From Ramazzottius varieornatus (Eukaryota > Animalia > Tardigrada), in assembly GCA_001949185.1 (NCBI GenBank), contig BDGG01000002.1, forward strand, positions 4,020,448-4,084,447: a stretch of DNA of 64,000 bases. The letters are read 5' to 3'. How positions within the stretch are numbered: position 1 is the stretch's first letter; every line of letters begins with the position of its first letter. The notes below the pieces were generated by a model. It was not told the DNA's origin, did not search any database, and saw nothing but the letters and a program-made list of their open reading frames with translations. The position numbers and the translations under genes were made by a program. Positions 13,022 to 24,940 of this stretch are shown piece by piece.

Positions 13022-13518
13022 CGATGCTTTCTGATTTTTCATAACAGTCTGGATAGTCTCATGTACAGTGAGAACACAGAATTTTAGAGACGACGTTTCC
13101 ATCGGGAACAAAGGTTTTCCCCACCGGAAGTCACACTGATCAACCTTTCCGAACTGTTTCTCCGCCTTTGTGAATAGGCTATATCTCAATCGAAAGACCT
13201 TGAGAAGTTGTATATGAAGTAGGAGGGAATGGGTGAGAACGCGCAAACCGAATTATTGAAGCACGTCGTTTCAACTAGCAAGTTGGCCCGAACGGGCTGT
13301 ATTTCGCCAGCGTGAGCATGTGGAATTTGGAAGAAGATAAAACAGAAACCAGAAACGATATAAAACACAGCACGAAATAAAAACATACTCTATCGGAAGA
13401 AAACTGACTAAAAAAATTTAGATGATGTGGTGAGGACACAGCATGCATGCAGTATGAAAGGCAAGTCTACTTGAAAAAAGATGACCTGGAATATTCCGAC
13501 GCTGGCATGAACGTCTGT

Positions 13519-15370
13519 TTATGAGCTGATGCGTTCGTGGGTATACGTGGTTCTTTCGTACGATCCGCTGTTGTTGCCCAGGTCGTTACCTGTCGGCCTA
13601 CCCGCGAGCGAAAGAATGGCGCAGCCCTTCTCGTAGTTGTCAGGGCCGAAGAAGATGGCGTCAGGTCGCAAGAAGGACTTGATCATCCGGTCTTCGTGGT
13701 TGTTCATCATGTGGTAGACTGCCGGTGCGTCGCTCAGCTTCATGTAATGGCTAAGGATGAAGCGAGGGTCGAAGGAGCCATCCCGCAGCTTCTCCAAACA
13801 GTACTTCCACAACTTCTGCACGGGAACCACCCCGGAAGTCATTGTAATTTGCTTCAGAAACATGAACCCGATGGGGAAGAAATTGGCCCAGCCAGCGTAC
13901 CTAGAAAAGACACGAATGAAAAAGATATCAACTTCAAACTGAACAGAAATTTTATCCCATAAAAAAGCTGAGACGGAAGAAATGAACAGAGCCAGATCGT
14001 TTTACTAAGGGGCGCAGGTCTTCAGATCGAAATAATGAAACTGTGCGCGACTTCAGATAAAGATCTGTTTCGGCTCATTTGTCCACGTTCCAATTGAAGA
14101 ATGCTTACGAAGCGATGAGGGTAAGTTTGCCGTATTTCCGCAGAGCGCGCATGCATTCGATGATGGTTTCTGGAGTGTCCGTTTCCATGACCAGAGCTCG
14201 TTGGAGTTTGTGGGCAATACTCTTGGCAAAGCGAAAGCCCGTTGCGTCGATAGCCACATCGATCCCGTCAGGAACCATCTCATTCAAAGTTCGAACGGGA
14301 TCTTTTTCGTGGTAGTTGATCACCTCAATGCCCAGCTTCTCATAGGCCAAGTTCAGCCGATAATCGGTCCCTGGAAACATCCCACAACTATTAGCATTTC
14401 GCTTCTTTTTGAAAAAAGTCCTACGATACCCGTCCACCCGAAAAAGGTGCTCTATTTACAAAGTTTACTTACCAGAAATTCCAATGATGCGCTTGGCTCC
14501 GATAATTTGACACCATCGGGCAGCAAACAGTCCAACAGTCCCTGCGGCAAAACTCATATCAAAGTGATGTTCGGCAACTCGAAATAAATTTCAGATCTTA
14601 CCTAATCCCCAAATTCCAACGATGTCGCCGGGTTTAACATCTCGGCAAGCATGCAACGAAGTGCAGAGGACATCCGACAGATACAACGCCTTATCATCAG
14701 GGACATCCGGTGGAAGCAGCAGACAGTTGAAGTCGGCATGCGGAACGCGAACATAGTCAGCCAAGCCACCCGGGTAGTCACCCAGCATATGGCCACAACC
14801 AAACAGTCCACCCTTACGATGACCATAGGCTTGCTCCATCAGCTTACTAGAGTTGGTAGTGTCACAGCAATCGTACTGTTCAGCCAAGCAGTAACGACAC
14901 TTGCCGCAGATGATGGCGGCTGAGACGACGACTCGATCTCCAACGCGGAGATTCTGCACAGCAGGACCAACTTCTTCGATGAGTCCCATGAATTCATGGC
15001 CGAGGGTGTCGCTGCGTTTGAAACCTGGAAGATCGCCGTTGTAAGGGTGGAGATCAGTCCCGCAGATGCTAGCGGCCGTCACGCGGAGGATGATGTCGTC
15101 TTCGGCGCTGAGAAGAGGCTTACCTACAAACAATCAGAATAACGCGGGACAATTCTTTCAAGAGATTTTGTTAAAGCCCTTACCGAGTTTTTCGTAGTGG
15201 ACGTCGCCTTTTCCGTGCCAGGTGACAGCGTTCATCATGACGGTGTCGCTTCGGAGAGGCTTGGGATCGGTACTGACGGGAACACGGCCGAGAATCTTGT
15301 CAGCAACATTTACCACAAGGTTCTGCATCGTGGCGACGGGGTGGCTGATAACGTTCGTTATAGGTTCCAT
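13519..15370 (-). CDS. Zn-dependent medium-chain dehydrogenase, glutathione-independent formaldehyde-dehydrogenase-like (bacterial/fungal YbdR type)
   Basis: Five exons (15370-15184, 15123-14602, 14541-14473, 14370-14109, 13900-13519). Motifs ICGTDLH, GHEFMG, structural Zn CGKCRYC-x7-C, Asp third ligand (LSDVL), GGLADYVRVP, WGLGTVG and ETDTPE. Confidence 0.88.
13968..14092. mobile_element. Family A palindromic element in dehydrogenase intron 13901-14108
   Basis: CCAGATCGTTTTACTAAGGGGCGCAG...CTGTGCGCGACTTCAGATAAAGATCTG with extended outer arms. Confidence 0.65.
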
Positions 15371-16168
15371 AGTGTACGTCGAGAAATGAGCGAGCTTAGA
15401 AAAACTGAATAGCCACTGGTCAGTGATCCGTAACGAGTAGAGGAGAGACAAGATGGAATTACCCAAGCCGGAAATTAATAGACACGAGACGAAGGCGGAA
15501 CAAGCTGGATCAAGTTGCAGTTTAGTTGCAACCCTAAGGCGAAACATATCTTGATGCATTAACGCCTGATAGCACGCTTTGCTGTGCTTTTGCTGGCTTG
15601 AAGGCGAACAGCTGATCGAGTGCAGTCATCTTTGTTGTGGTTTGTGGAAAGTTCCATTTATGGTAATTGTAGTAAGGTAGTTTCCGTAATATCTGTCCTT
15701 TAGTATACTCTAACTGTTTCTCGTTTTTGGTTCCTTGCATGAGTAACAGTTGCCTCCTGAGAGTGGGAGAAACTAAATTCGCGAAGAGTCGGTACCTGCA
15801 GAGGCATCCGCGAACCCACAACGCTGAGCCGAGTGTCGGAGAGGACAGGGATATGTCTTATCACACCCTGCTGGCGGGGTACGTTTCCTTCAGTGCATTC
15901 CGTCTTCGCTCGCGTGATGGATAGAATCGACGTGGAAGCTGAACCGTGCAGCCGCCTCGGCGACACTTCGTACGTTGCCATATGTTGTGATCTAGAGGTC
16001 TCTACAGTATAATCATTCCGTCAATGCATGCCAATATGGTTGACAGGCTCTTGCTGGATGACACGTATAAACTACGGGAAGGCGCAACGTGATCCGCTTC
16101 CGACATCGACGACTCGACGTGGCTCTTTCTGTGACTTCTGGAGAACTTTGTAGCGGCGAAGCATTGTG

Positions 16169-17015
16169 ATGGCCGGCAGAAGGACGCTACTTCCTTTCCC
16201 CGTGTTCGGTCTTCTGCTGATGCTTCCACCGCTGACTATTCTCGGAGATTACTTGCTGTTCAGGCTATCCGACAACGATGCACCGCTAACAGTCAAAGCG
16301 CTTTTCGACTCTTCCGTTCATGCACTTCTTGGTTTGATCTCCTGGACTGCTGTCCTGTATGGCTTAGGACTCGGCCGAACCGTTGGTCTGGGTCTTCTCT
16401 TCGCTGTGTTTTCCTCCGTGGCGGTAGACATGGACCATTTCATCAAAGCAAAGTCTTTTCATCTTGAGGTAAGCATTCGTCGAAGTAGAAGTTTACCTGT
16501 CAGTTAGGTGTGTGCCGTCATGGAACGAATGGATATTGCACGTTAATTCCATGGCGCAGCGGCGTCACTGCGTCGACTTGATTGAAATATAATTAGTCTA
16601 CTTGCAGGACGCTTTGCACATGGTTTCCCCTCCGCCGTTTCATGACTCCCTCCTACCATTCCTAATGTTTGCCGTAGCTATGGTAGACATTTCATACTCC
16701 GCAAACAACAAGAAACACCAGTCGATATCGCAAAGATCACTTTACCTGTTACAATTGTTCACAACTGTGTCGGTGCACTTATTTCGCGACGCAGCGCGAA
16801 GAGGTCTTTCGATAGGCTATGTTCTCTTGATGCCTCCACGATCTCCTTTCGGGCTCTTTCCCTTTTTTATTCCACTCTTTCCACTTTTTACCCGGTATTT
16901 GCTTTCTAAAATTGGCATATTTGAGCAGCAACTTGTCAAGAACGATCGGGAACCGTTGCAATCGATACGAACGCTTCCACCACCGGAAATGGATGAGGAA
17001 GAACGACTTCAATAG
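16169..17015 (+). CDS. TMEM267: Transmembrane protein 267
   Basis: Two exons; motifs ALFDSSVHALLGLISW, VDMDHFIKAKS and HLFRDAARRGL match TMEM267/C5orf28. Confidence 0.75.
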
Positions 17016-17300
17016 TCTTTTGATAAACTGATATCGATTATGTGTTGCATACTGGTACACTTTGAGCACAATATATTTCACAGAACGTGAATACATTCAG
17101 CCTTTTGAGCAACGAAACTTCGGACCGCTTAGATCGACACGCCAGGCAGTCTCTACTTTCTGGATTAGGACCGCATAATCGAAGTGCTCACCTACATCCC
17201 GAAACGTTCCACGAAGCATAGCATTATTACAACTACGGTGCTAAAGTGTCACTGTCAGGAACAAAACGTACAGCAAAAATCGAACGAAAATGATTCCACG

Positions 17301-18768
17301 TCAAAACTTATTTCTGTAATAAGCTCGGCTTCTCTCTGACGATTCTTCGAATGTGAAAAGTGGAGAATATCCTAACCTTTCTTCCGCTTCCTTCCGACTG
17401 AACGAGCATTTCATGGTTGGGAAAACTAGTTGCATCATACTAACGTCCCAGCTTTTGCTGGGTCGCCACTCCGGAATGAACTTCCGAACTAGATTCACCG
17501 CGAACAGCAACAACAACGATATGAAGTACACGAGCTTGAATGGTATGCTGAACGACGTTAACTTCATGCCGCTATCTTTCAGGAAAGGTTCCGCGAAGTC
17601 GGACAGGTTTCCAAGGGGTGTGTTGTCTGTCACGAAGTAGGCTCTTCCCGCACAATCATCCGGTCTTTCAGTCAATGCCTTGAGCGCCAGTAAATGGGCC
17701 CAAGCGACATTTCCCACATAAGTCTGCTGAACTGTCATGTCTTCGGCAGTACCGATGCGCACGAGCTTCCCACCGAATCCGCGAGCAAGCTGGAGTATCT
17801 TGAGAATGTTCATGTGGTCGTTCTCGCCGTAGAACATGGTTGGCCGAAGGCAGAGCGTACGGATGGTAAGGTCGTTGGGGAGCGGGAGGTTGTCTGCTTC
17901 AAGGACGATCTGTTCGGCGAACCACTTGGTTTCACCATAGGTCTGCCAGTGCCAGGAGTCAGGTTTGGTGCAGTCGCTTTCTGCGAGGTCGGCTCCACCT
18001 TCTTTACCGATGACGGAGTTAACCGAGCTTGTGTGGATGAAATACCTGACTTTGGCGCTGAGGCTTTCTTCCATTAGATTTTGCGTTCCTGCAAAAACAA
18101 AAAACTACCTTCTCCGAGATGGAAGCAACGGGTGGAGTAAGGAGACATATAAAAACATGATATGATGATATGTGATACTGTGAGTGTGAGCAAGGCCTCT
18201 TACCGCGACAGTTGACTGACCACATCAAACTGGCATTCGGGAACATGGTGACATCCATGATGCCTGCGGTATGGAAGACGGCCTCGATGCCTTGAAGCAT
18301 CTTCTGCAGCGCTTGACGATCTTGGATGTCCCCGACTTCGTACTCGATTTTCGTTTTATGGCCTGCAAGAAAACGGATAACATCAGTACGTGGCAGTCAC
18401 TGATTCACTGCAGCACAAGTTCCACCTCACCCGACAGATGACGTCACCGCGAAGCTATATATCTTCCCTGTATCTCATAGCGTCAGTGCGTCAGTCACGT
18501 TAAGCCGATTAAGCGCTTCAAGAGCCAGTTGTGTCATGTACCGTTATAGGCGCGGAAAAATAAATCATCACATTACGAAGCTGACTTTACCTTTCGCCAA
18601 AAGTTTTTCGAAGTATTCTCTGCCTTCGGGATTCATGTCGAAAAGCCGAATTAGCTTCAGTGATGGTACCGTCTTGAGTAGAAGATCAACAATGGATCGG
18701 CCGAGAGTTCCATTTCCGCCAGTGATAAGCACGGATGAAACGGGCAGATCTATCCTTTCCGTCATCAT
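17301..18768 (-). CDS. 3-beta-hydroxysteroid dehydrogenase/isomerase family extended SDR
   Basis: Three exons; Rossmann LITGGNGTLG, VFHTAG, HTSS, catalytic YGETK, LRPTMFYGE and YVGNVAWAH. Confidence 0.88.
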
Positions 18769-20348
18769 GTTCTCGGACTGTCGTTCCTCCCAATTCCGGA
18801 AATCTGCCAGCCAGCAGAGGAAATGAGTACTTAACACTAGACTGTAAGCTGAAGAACCGGAAGGTGGAAAACTCGACTGTCTCAGTGAGAATGTGAGATG
18901 AATCATGACACTCTTATGTTATGTCATGATGACGTCAGGAGCCTCGGGACAATGACTGGACTCTGGACAGTGCTTTTACGTCATCGTCATCGCTGTTCGT
19001 CAAGTCAACTGTCAACAGCGGTTTTCCTGAACAAAAACCTGTAGATTTAATGAGATTTTTCAGGAATTTCTACTTGTTTGCTGCCTTTCTTCTTCGGTGC
19101 ATTCTGTCTTGGAGGACCCTCTCTGACTGACACTTCCTTTGCTTGTAGAAAGAATCCCAAGGAACCTCGAGATGCCTACACGGGTCAGAAAGTTCCGCCA
19201 CTTTGCAGCAGCGATCGCTGCATTAGGCGGACCATTCGTTGCTGTTTTTGAGGTTGTCAAGAAAGTTTGCGGGAGACCGTTCAAGCTCCGTGCGACCAAC
19301 AACAGCGAGCAGGCAGTCCAGGTACAATTTCTCGATCTATGGTTCCATTCAGCATATGGACGTTACGAAAAGCGGAAAAGGAGAAAGCCGAGTGCAGGGT
19401 ACAGGCTGAGATCCGTTCGATCGACGGTGCTAAACTGACCCTGGTGCTACTGTACCATTGCAGCGTGTGGAAGGACGAATCCTACACGACTGGTAAGCTG
19501 AATGCGTCGAATGGATTGGGGCTTTTAACGTATTCGGCGACGAAATCGAGAAGGCAATAATTCGAGCTTAAGGAAGTTGATGGTAAATTCAGCCGTTCTC
19601 CAAGGTGATCAGATTCGGTGGGCAGACAGAGACCATTGCTGAGCATCCTTCGAGCCCTTTAGTAAGTTGTATGGTTGTATTTCTATCCAAACTTTCTAAT
19701 AGCCTACCGTCAGTGGAAGAGAAGTGCCTTCCGTTGCAGGGTGGATATTTCGGAAGCGGATAGTCACTCTTCGCGCGAGTATAATCTCATGGAATCTCGG
19801 ATCCTCCCCGAAGTTCCTCGAGCTTCGCATTCAACTCTGAGCTTTCTATCTGCTTAACTTTTACTTCTTTTGGAGTTGTCCTTGGTTCCGTTTTGCATGC
19901 TGATTGGTTGGCAAGAGTCCGTAGTTGAGGATAGCTCTAGACTTCGAGTGTTTGATCATTTTTATCTCGCTAATAACAAGCTCCCTCCGGCCATAGGAAA
20001 CATGACCGATATACCCGAAAACGGAAAACACCACGTCAAACAACGGAAGTAAAACAAGAGACTGTCAGATCGATGAAGAGACTCATAAAACAAGAAGGCT
20101 AGACAGGAAAGTCAGCGTCAAACACCAACTTCCTATGGAACTCTACTTTAAAAGATCACAAAACAGAAAGGAAAATCAGAACTGATGATGCTAACTAAAA
20201 CTAACAGTTCTTAAAACTAAAAAACAATGCCAGCGCTAAGTTAGCAAGAGAGCGGGAACCATCCCGAGGGAGTACCTGGACATTTTGGAAAGGTTTGGGG
20301 ACGGACTTTCCAATTAGGTATCCTGACCGAAAGCCATCTTCTTCCGTC

Positions 20349-20704
20349 TTACACCGTTTCCTGTCTGATCACCGTCGTCTTGCTGGTCGGGTTACAGATA
20401 CACTAGAACAAGACAGAAACTTGGGTAATGATTCGAACATCAAACCAACGTTTCGCAATCCTTAAATGTCACAGAAAAAAAACAGTCTTCGCTGGCATTT
20501 CAATCCACGTACGGCGCAAGTACTACTTACCAAGCACAACCACACGAACAGCCACGGCGGAAAGATGATCGATATGAGGCAGTGCAAACAATGACGAACA
20601 TGCCCTTCTCGTCTGAAAGAAAATCACTGTTAAAATGGGCAAAATCCTACTGGAATACTCTTCAGCTCAAAACTAACTTACTTCACGAAGACCTCAGTGG
20701 CCAT
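20349..20704 (-). CDS. 52-aa membrane microprotein (HxxH/Cys-TM family, member 3); absent from the ORF track
   Basis: Exons 20704-20682, 20612-20531 and 20402-20349, both donors GTAAGT: MATEVFVKREGHVRHCLHCLISIIFPPWLFVWLCLCICNPTSKTTVIRQETV*. Confidence 0.8.
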
Positions 20705-21335
20705 CTCAGTGTCTGGCGGTGAGACAATTCACAGTAAAGGGAAACGAACAGAAGGTCAATCCTGCGACAAGAAATGACTGATTACTCTGGGACGCGAATC
20801 TAGCCGAGACGTTGGGACAAAAACTCATCTCATCAGTCGACGTTAGAACAACCCGCACAAGGAGCTCTATTTTCGTCACTTACCGAGTTGTCAGGATGAT
20901 GGCTAAGAAGAATCGAAGGCGCAGAATTCAGGAATGAAGCAAAGAGCTGCTCCAAGAGCAACTAGAAAGGATACCGACGGAAATCTTGGATGATGATTGA
21001 TGGACTCATTAAACTGCGCTCCCGAAAAAAAGGTGCAGTACAGAATGCACTGAACGCACTGACGGCACACGCCAGGCAAGTCTGGCAGCTCTGGCTGCCA
21101 GTGACGTCAAGGCCGCGCTGGGTGCCCCACCCTGGCGATATTGCAAGAACCCTGGCAACGAGATCCTCAGGTCAAAATTTCCATTCTGAGAGAATGCCGT
21201 CATTGCCGTGCGGCCCGTACCGGTCCTGCCGGATCATTTCCGCGGAGAGAAACCTCTCTGATTTTCCTGTTTATGGATCACGATCATCTTTGATCTTTTC
21301 TTGACTTATCTCCTGTGTGTGCAGGCGCTGGGAAG

Positions 21336-22915
21336 ATGGCCAACTACGCCACCCAGATGTCGACCGACCTCGCAGATGTGGCATTCGAGCCGATCAGAAT
21401 AACCGAGGTGACGGATTCCTCAGCCGATGAGTTAAATGGCGAGGCTGAAATGGACGACATCCATGTCGAGCGGACGGAAGCTACGGTAACATTCCCTTCG
21501 GAAGCTGAAGCCGAGCGGCGCACTGCGTTGGTGAAGTTGACGAAAGACGAGTTGGTGGAGATAGTTCTGGAGAAAGAGCGTGAGCTTCGCAAGCGAGTTA
21601 AACTCATCAACCGGCTTCGTCAGAACAACAAGGCGCTGCAAAGCTCTTTCACCTCTGAAGAATCTCAGTCGGAACCAGAAATGGCAACGGAAACTCCAAG
21701 CACCTCGTCGGGAAGTGTCTCTGTCGGGAAGAAACGGAAAAGAGTCGAGCGGGAGCTGGATTTTTCCCAGTACGGCAAAAGGCACGTTGCATTTCGCTTT
21801 CTTTACCTTGGCTGGGATTACCAAGGCTTTGTAGTCCAGGTTAGAAACCCATTTTAATCGATCCTGGAATGGTTAAGATATGGGTCTTGTATTCACAGAA
21901 CGACACGACGAACACCATCGAAGATGAAATTTTCACCGCGCTGAACAAGACAAAGCTGATCGCAGCGCGTGAAGAGTCGTCCTATCATCGATGTGGACGA
22001 ACGGACAAGTCTGTAAGTGCCTTCAGTCAAGTGATTTCCCTGCAAGTTCGGAGTACGCTGAACGATGGACCAGGTATCGTGCAACAAGCCTCGCCAGCCA
22101 AGGCTGACAGTAAAGAAATTCCCTATGTACAAATTTTAAACGGTGTCCTACCAAAGAATATTCGCGTGACGTCGTGGTCGCCTGTCGAGACTTCTTTCAG
22201 TGCCAGATTCTCCTGCAAAGAACGCAGTTACCGCTACTACTTTCCCAAATCAAACCTCGATATCCGTCTGATGAACGAAGCTGCTCAACTTCTCGCTGGC
22301 GAACACGACTTTCGTAACTTTTGTAAAGCCGATATAAACGGCGGTGTCACGAATTTCGTCCGCCATATCCACGAAATTTCTGTAAATATTTTCCTGAACG
22401 ACTGTGAAAGCTTTGCGGGAAATTCTGCTCGCCAGATGTATGTCTTACAAATCGATGGAAGTGCTTTTTTGTGGCATCAGGTTAGAAGCATAGTAGCCAT
22501 TTTGTTTTTGATCGGTCAGGGGAAAGAGAAGCCCGAGCTGATTACGGAACTTCTCGATGTTGAACGGTGTCCGGCCAAGCCGCAGTACAGCATGGCTGAA
22601 GGTTTCCCGCTGGTGTTGTTCGACTGCGAATTCGAGGATGTCGAGTGGCACCAGACCGAAGCGAACCTAAGAGCGACCATCAGAGACCTGGACAAGCAGT
22701 GGACAGAGTACGCGGTCAAGGCGGCCATCATCTCGGACATGACGAGAAGCCTGAAGAACCGACTGAAGAGTGTGTCGACTGAACCCTGGGACTCGGGAAG
22801 CCTGGTGCAAAGCCTGATGTCCGAAGGGAAAGGCAAGGTTTACCGGTCTCTGCAAAGTCGGCAAACTGGTGATACGATAGAGAATCGTCTTCTGAAGAAA
22901 CTCAAAGTTAGCTGA
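21336..22915 (+). CDS. PUS3: tRNA pseudouridine(38/39) synthase
   Basis: Two exons; RHVAFRFLYLGWDYQG, catalytic CGRTDKSVSA, HDFRNFCK, GSAFLWHQVR and KPQYSMA. Confidence 0.93.
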
Positions 22916-23719
22916 ATTTCTCACACTGTTCCTTCTTCCGAGAACTCAATTATAAACTCTGGACGAAGTAAATACATCAAAACCTTACGGAAACCCGAGT
23001 GGTCTTTATTGTTTCCGAAGAATGACAGATTGCGCTAAGGTCCTCAGCTCCAGGCAAAAGCAGTGGGACAGTCAGGTCTAACATTTTTCGAAATACTGTA
23101 TAATACCTATACATCGTATTTGAAAGTTCAGGAACACTAAACACTCTAAGAAGGAACCGGAAGTTCCGGTCCTTCGAATTTCGAAACATCGACGACATCG
23201 AGGAATCCTAGTTGATTGTTTTGTTTGTTGATTGGGACAAAAGCAGCGTGGCCGAAATCGCAAACTGTCTGATGTTACTTGTACACTAAGAAGCTTAAGT
23301 ACAGTACGAGGTATACCTAACTTTCTTGCCAAACCTTTTCCTCTAAAAAGTTAGAGAGATCGTCCACGTTCCTCCAAAGTCCGGGATCCAGATTTGGATG
23401 CATGTCTGAAGAGTTCGTTAGATTCTGCATACATGTCTTACTACATGGTTTAGAGGGCGGTCACATGCTGACACATCACTAACTTGGCCATGTAGTGTCT
23501 GAGCAGCCTGACTGATTCTGGAGCTGTCCCGTAGAGGCGTAGAGTACCTTTCCATCTCCTCAGCGAGGACCACGGCTCTGAGAGAAGTGTAAGTACATGC
23601 AGAGGAGTAGATGCTTGATGCTTACTCGTCGCTGATCAGTCGAAATCTATGATGTTCTGTGTATTATAGACAGTCGCAGGAGGCATTGAAGTCACCGAGA
23701 AAAGCATCGAACCGTACAA

Positions 23720-24745
23720 ATGAGCTACTATAACCCCTACGCCAATGCCAATGGCTTCTTCGGGTACCAGTACAACAATGGCGGATATCAGTATTTCAAC
23801 GGACAAGTCTTCTCGAACATCCACAGTTCCTTACCGATGGCGACAGCAGAGCTGCAGAACGCACCACGTCCAGCAGTGCCTCCCCCTCCACCTGGACCAG
23901 CTCCTCCGTACGCTCGCAAATACCGTCCGAATGTTCCACCAAAGAATCGCGTACTGCATTCCATTCCCACTTCACCGAAAGAACCGTCAACATCAGCAGG
24001 TCCCATTCCTCGTCAGAAAGAGCAAGCAGCTGCTTACCGCGTTGCGCCTTACTCCGTCTCGAAGCCTGCTCAAATCTACGGCGAATACTCCACTCAGAAC
24101 AAGAACTGGACTCGTAACAAGTCCGATTTCAATCTTCTAGTCGTTCCTCCTCCAGAAGAAACTGCGGAAGACACCTCAGCAGTCCCAGTTAACATTCGAG
24201 CACTTGATGGAGATATTATAGCTGAACCGAACTCATCCGGAAGTGGAGAAATTCACTCGTACATGAGCACGACCTCGAATCGGTTTGGCGTTTCCGGTCC
24301 GCTGTCGCTGAACAAAGTCCAGAATAAAGATGCTCATACGGGAGGCATAGGCAAGTATCTGATGGGCAAGATGGGATGGACCGGGACAGGAGGGATAGGT
24401 GCGCGACCGGGAGAAGTGACACCGTTGGGAGCGGTGGTGGAAGCGAAACTGGATAGGAAAGGATTAGGCGTAGGTTCGGAGCCTGTTGGAAGGGCGGTGA
24501 ATGGAGCTGAGCTGTCGCTTCCGGTTGCTTTTCTGAATGATTACTGTAAAGAAAAGCAGTGGACATTCCCGACGTATGAACAAGTGGAGGAATCGGGACC
24601 TCCGCACTGCAAGTCTTTTCTCTTCAAGGTAAAGTTGAATGGTATGGAATATCCTGCGCCCGAAGCTGCGAATACGAAAAAACTAGCCAAAGCTAATGCT
24701 GCTCGTGCATGTTTGAAAGCTCTTGGTCTTGTACAAACGCGATAG
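23720..24745 (+). CDS. G-patch plus double-stranded RNA-binding domain protein (resembles the SON C-terminus)
   Basis: Single coding exon; G-patch GIGKYLMGKMGWTGTGGIG...DRKGLG followed by DSRM PVAFLNDYC...ESGPPHCKSFLFKV...TKKLAKANAARACL. Confidence 0.8.
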   Translation: MSYYNPYANANGFFGYQYNNGGYQYFNGQVFSNIHSSLPMATAELQNAPRPAVPPPPPGPAPPYARKYRPNVPPKNRVLHSIPTSPKEPSTSAGPIPRQKEQAAAYRVAPYSVSKPAQIYGEYSTQNKNWTRNKSDFNLLVVPPPEETAEDTSAVPVNIRALDGDIIAEPNSSGSGEIHSYMSTTSNRFGVSGPLSLNKVQNKDAHTGGIGKYLMGKMGWTGTGGIGARPGEVTPLGAVVEAKLDRKGLGVGSEPVGRAVNGAELSLPVAFLNDYCKEKQWTFPTYEQVEESGPPHCKSFLFKVKLNGMEYPAPEAANTKKLAKANAARACLKALGLVQTR

Positions 24746-24940
24746 AAAACTGTATCTGTGGTGAAGTTCGTACGAATATCTGAATCGGCACAAAACCGAT
24801 GAAAGTAAAGCAACCTCCTAGAATATCAGAACCTCGGTATCGGAATATCCTGTGAAAAACTTCGAACACCTCAGATGAAACCGTCATACGGTCAGTTCAC
24901 CCTGTAGCAGGAAGATAAGTTTGTTTTCGGAAGACAGGGC

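Noticed and set aside
1-18768. HR3 plus 3-beta-HSD as a steroid-signalling cluster
   Set aside because: They are 15 kb apart with unrelated genes between, and the SDR's substrate is unknown.
19060-19860. Short ORFs upstream of the HSD gene
   Set aside because: No motif, and no convincing start-splice-stop structure.
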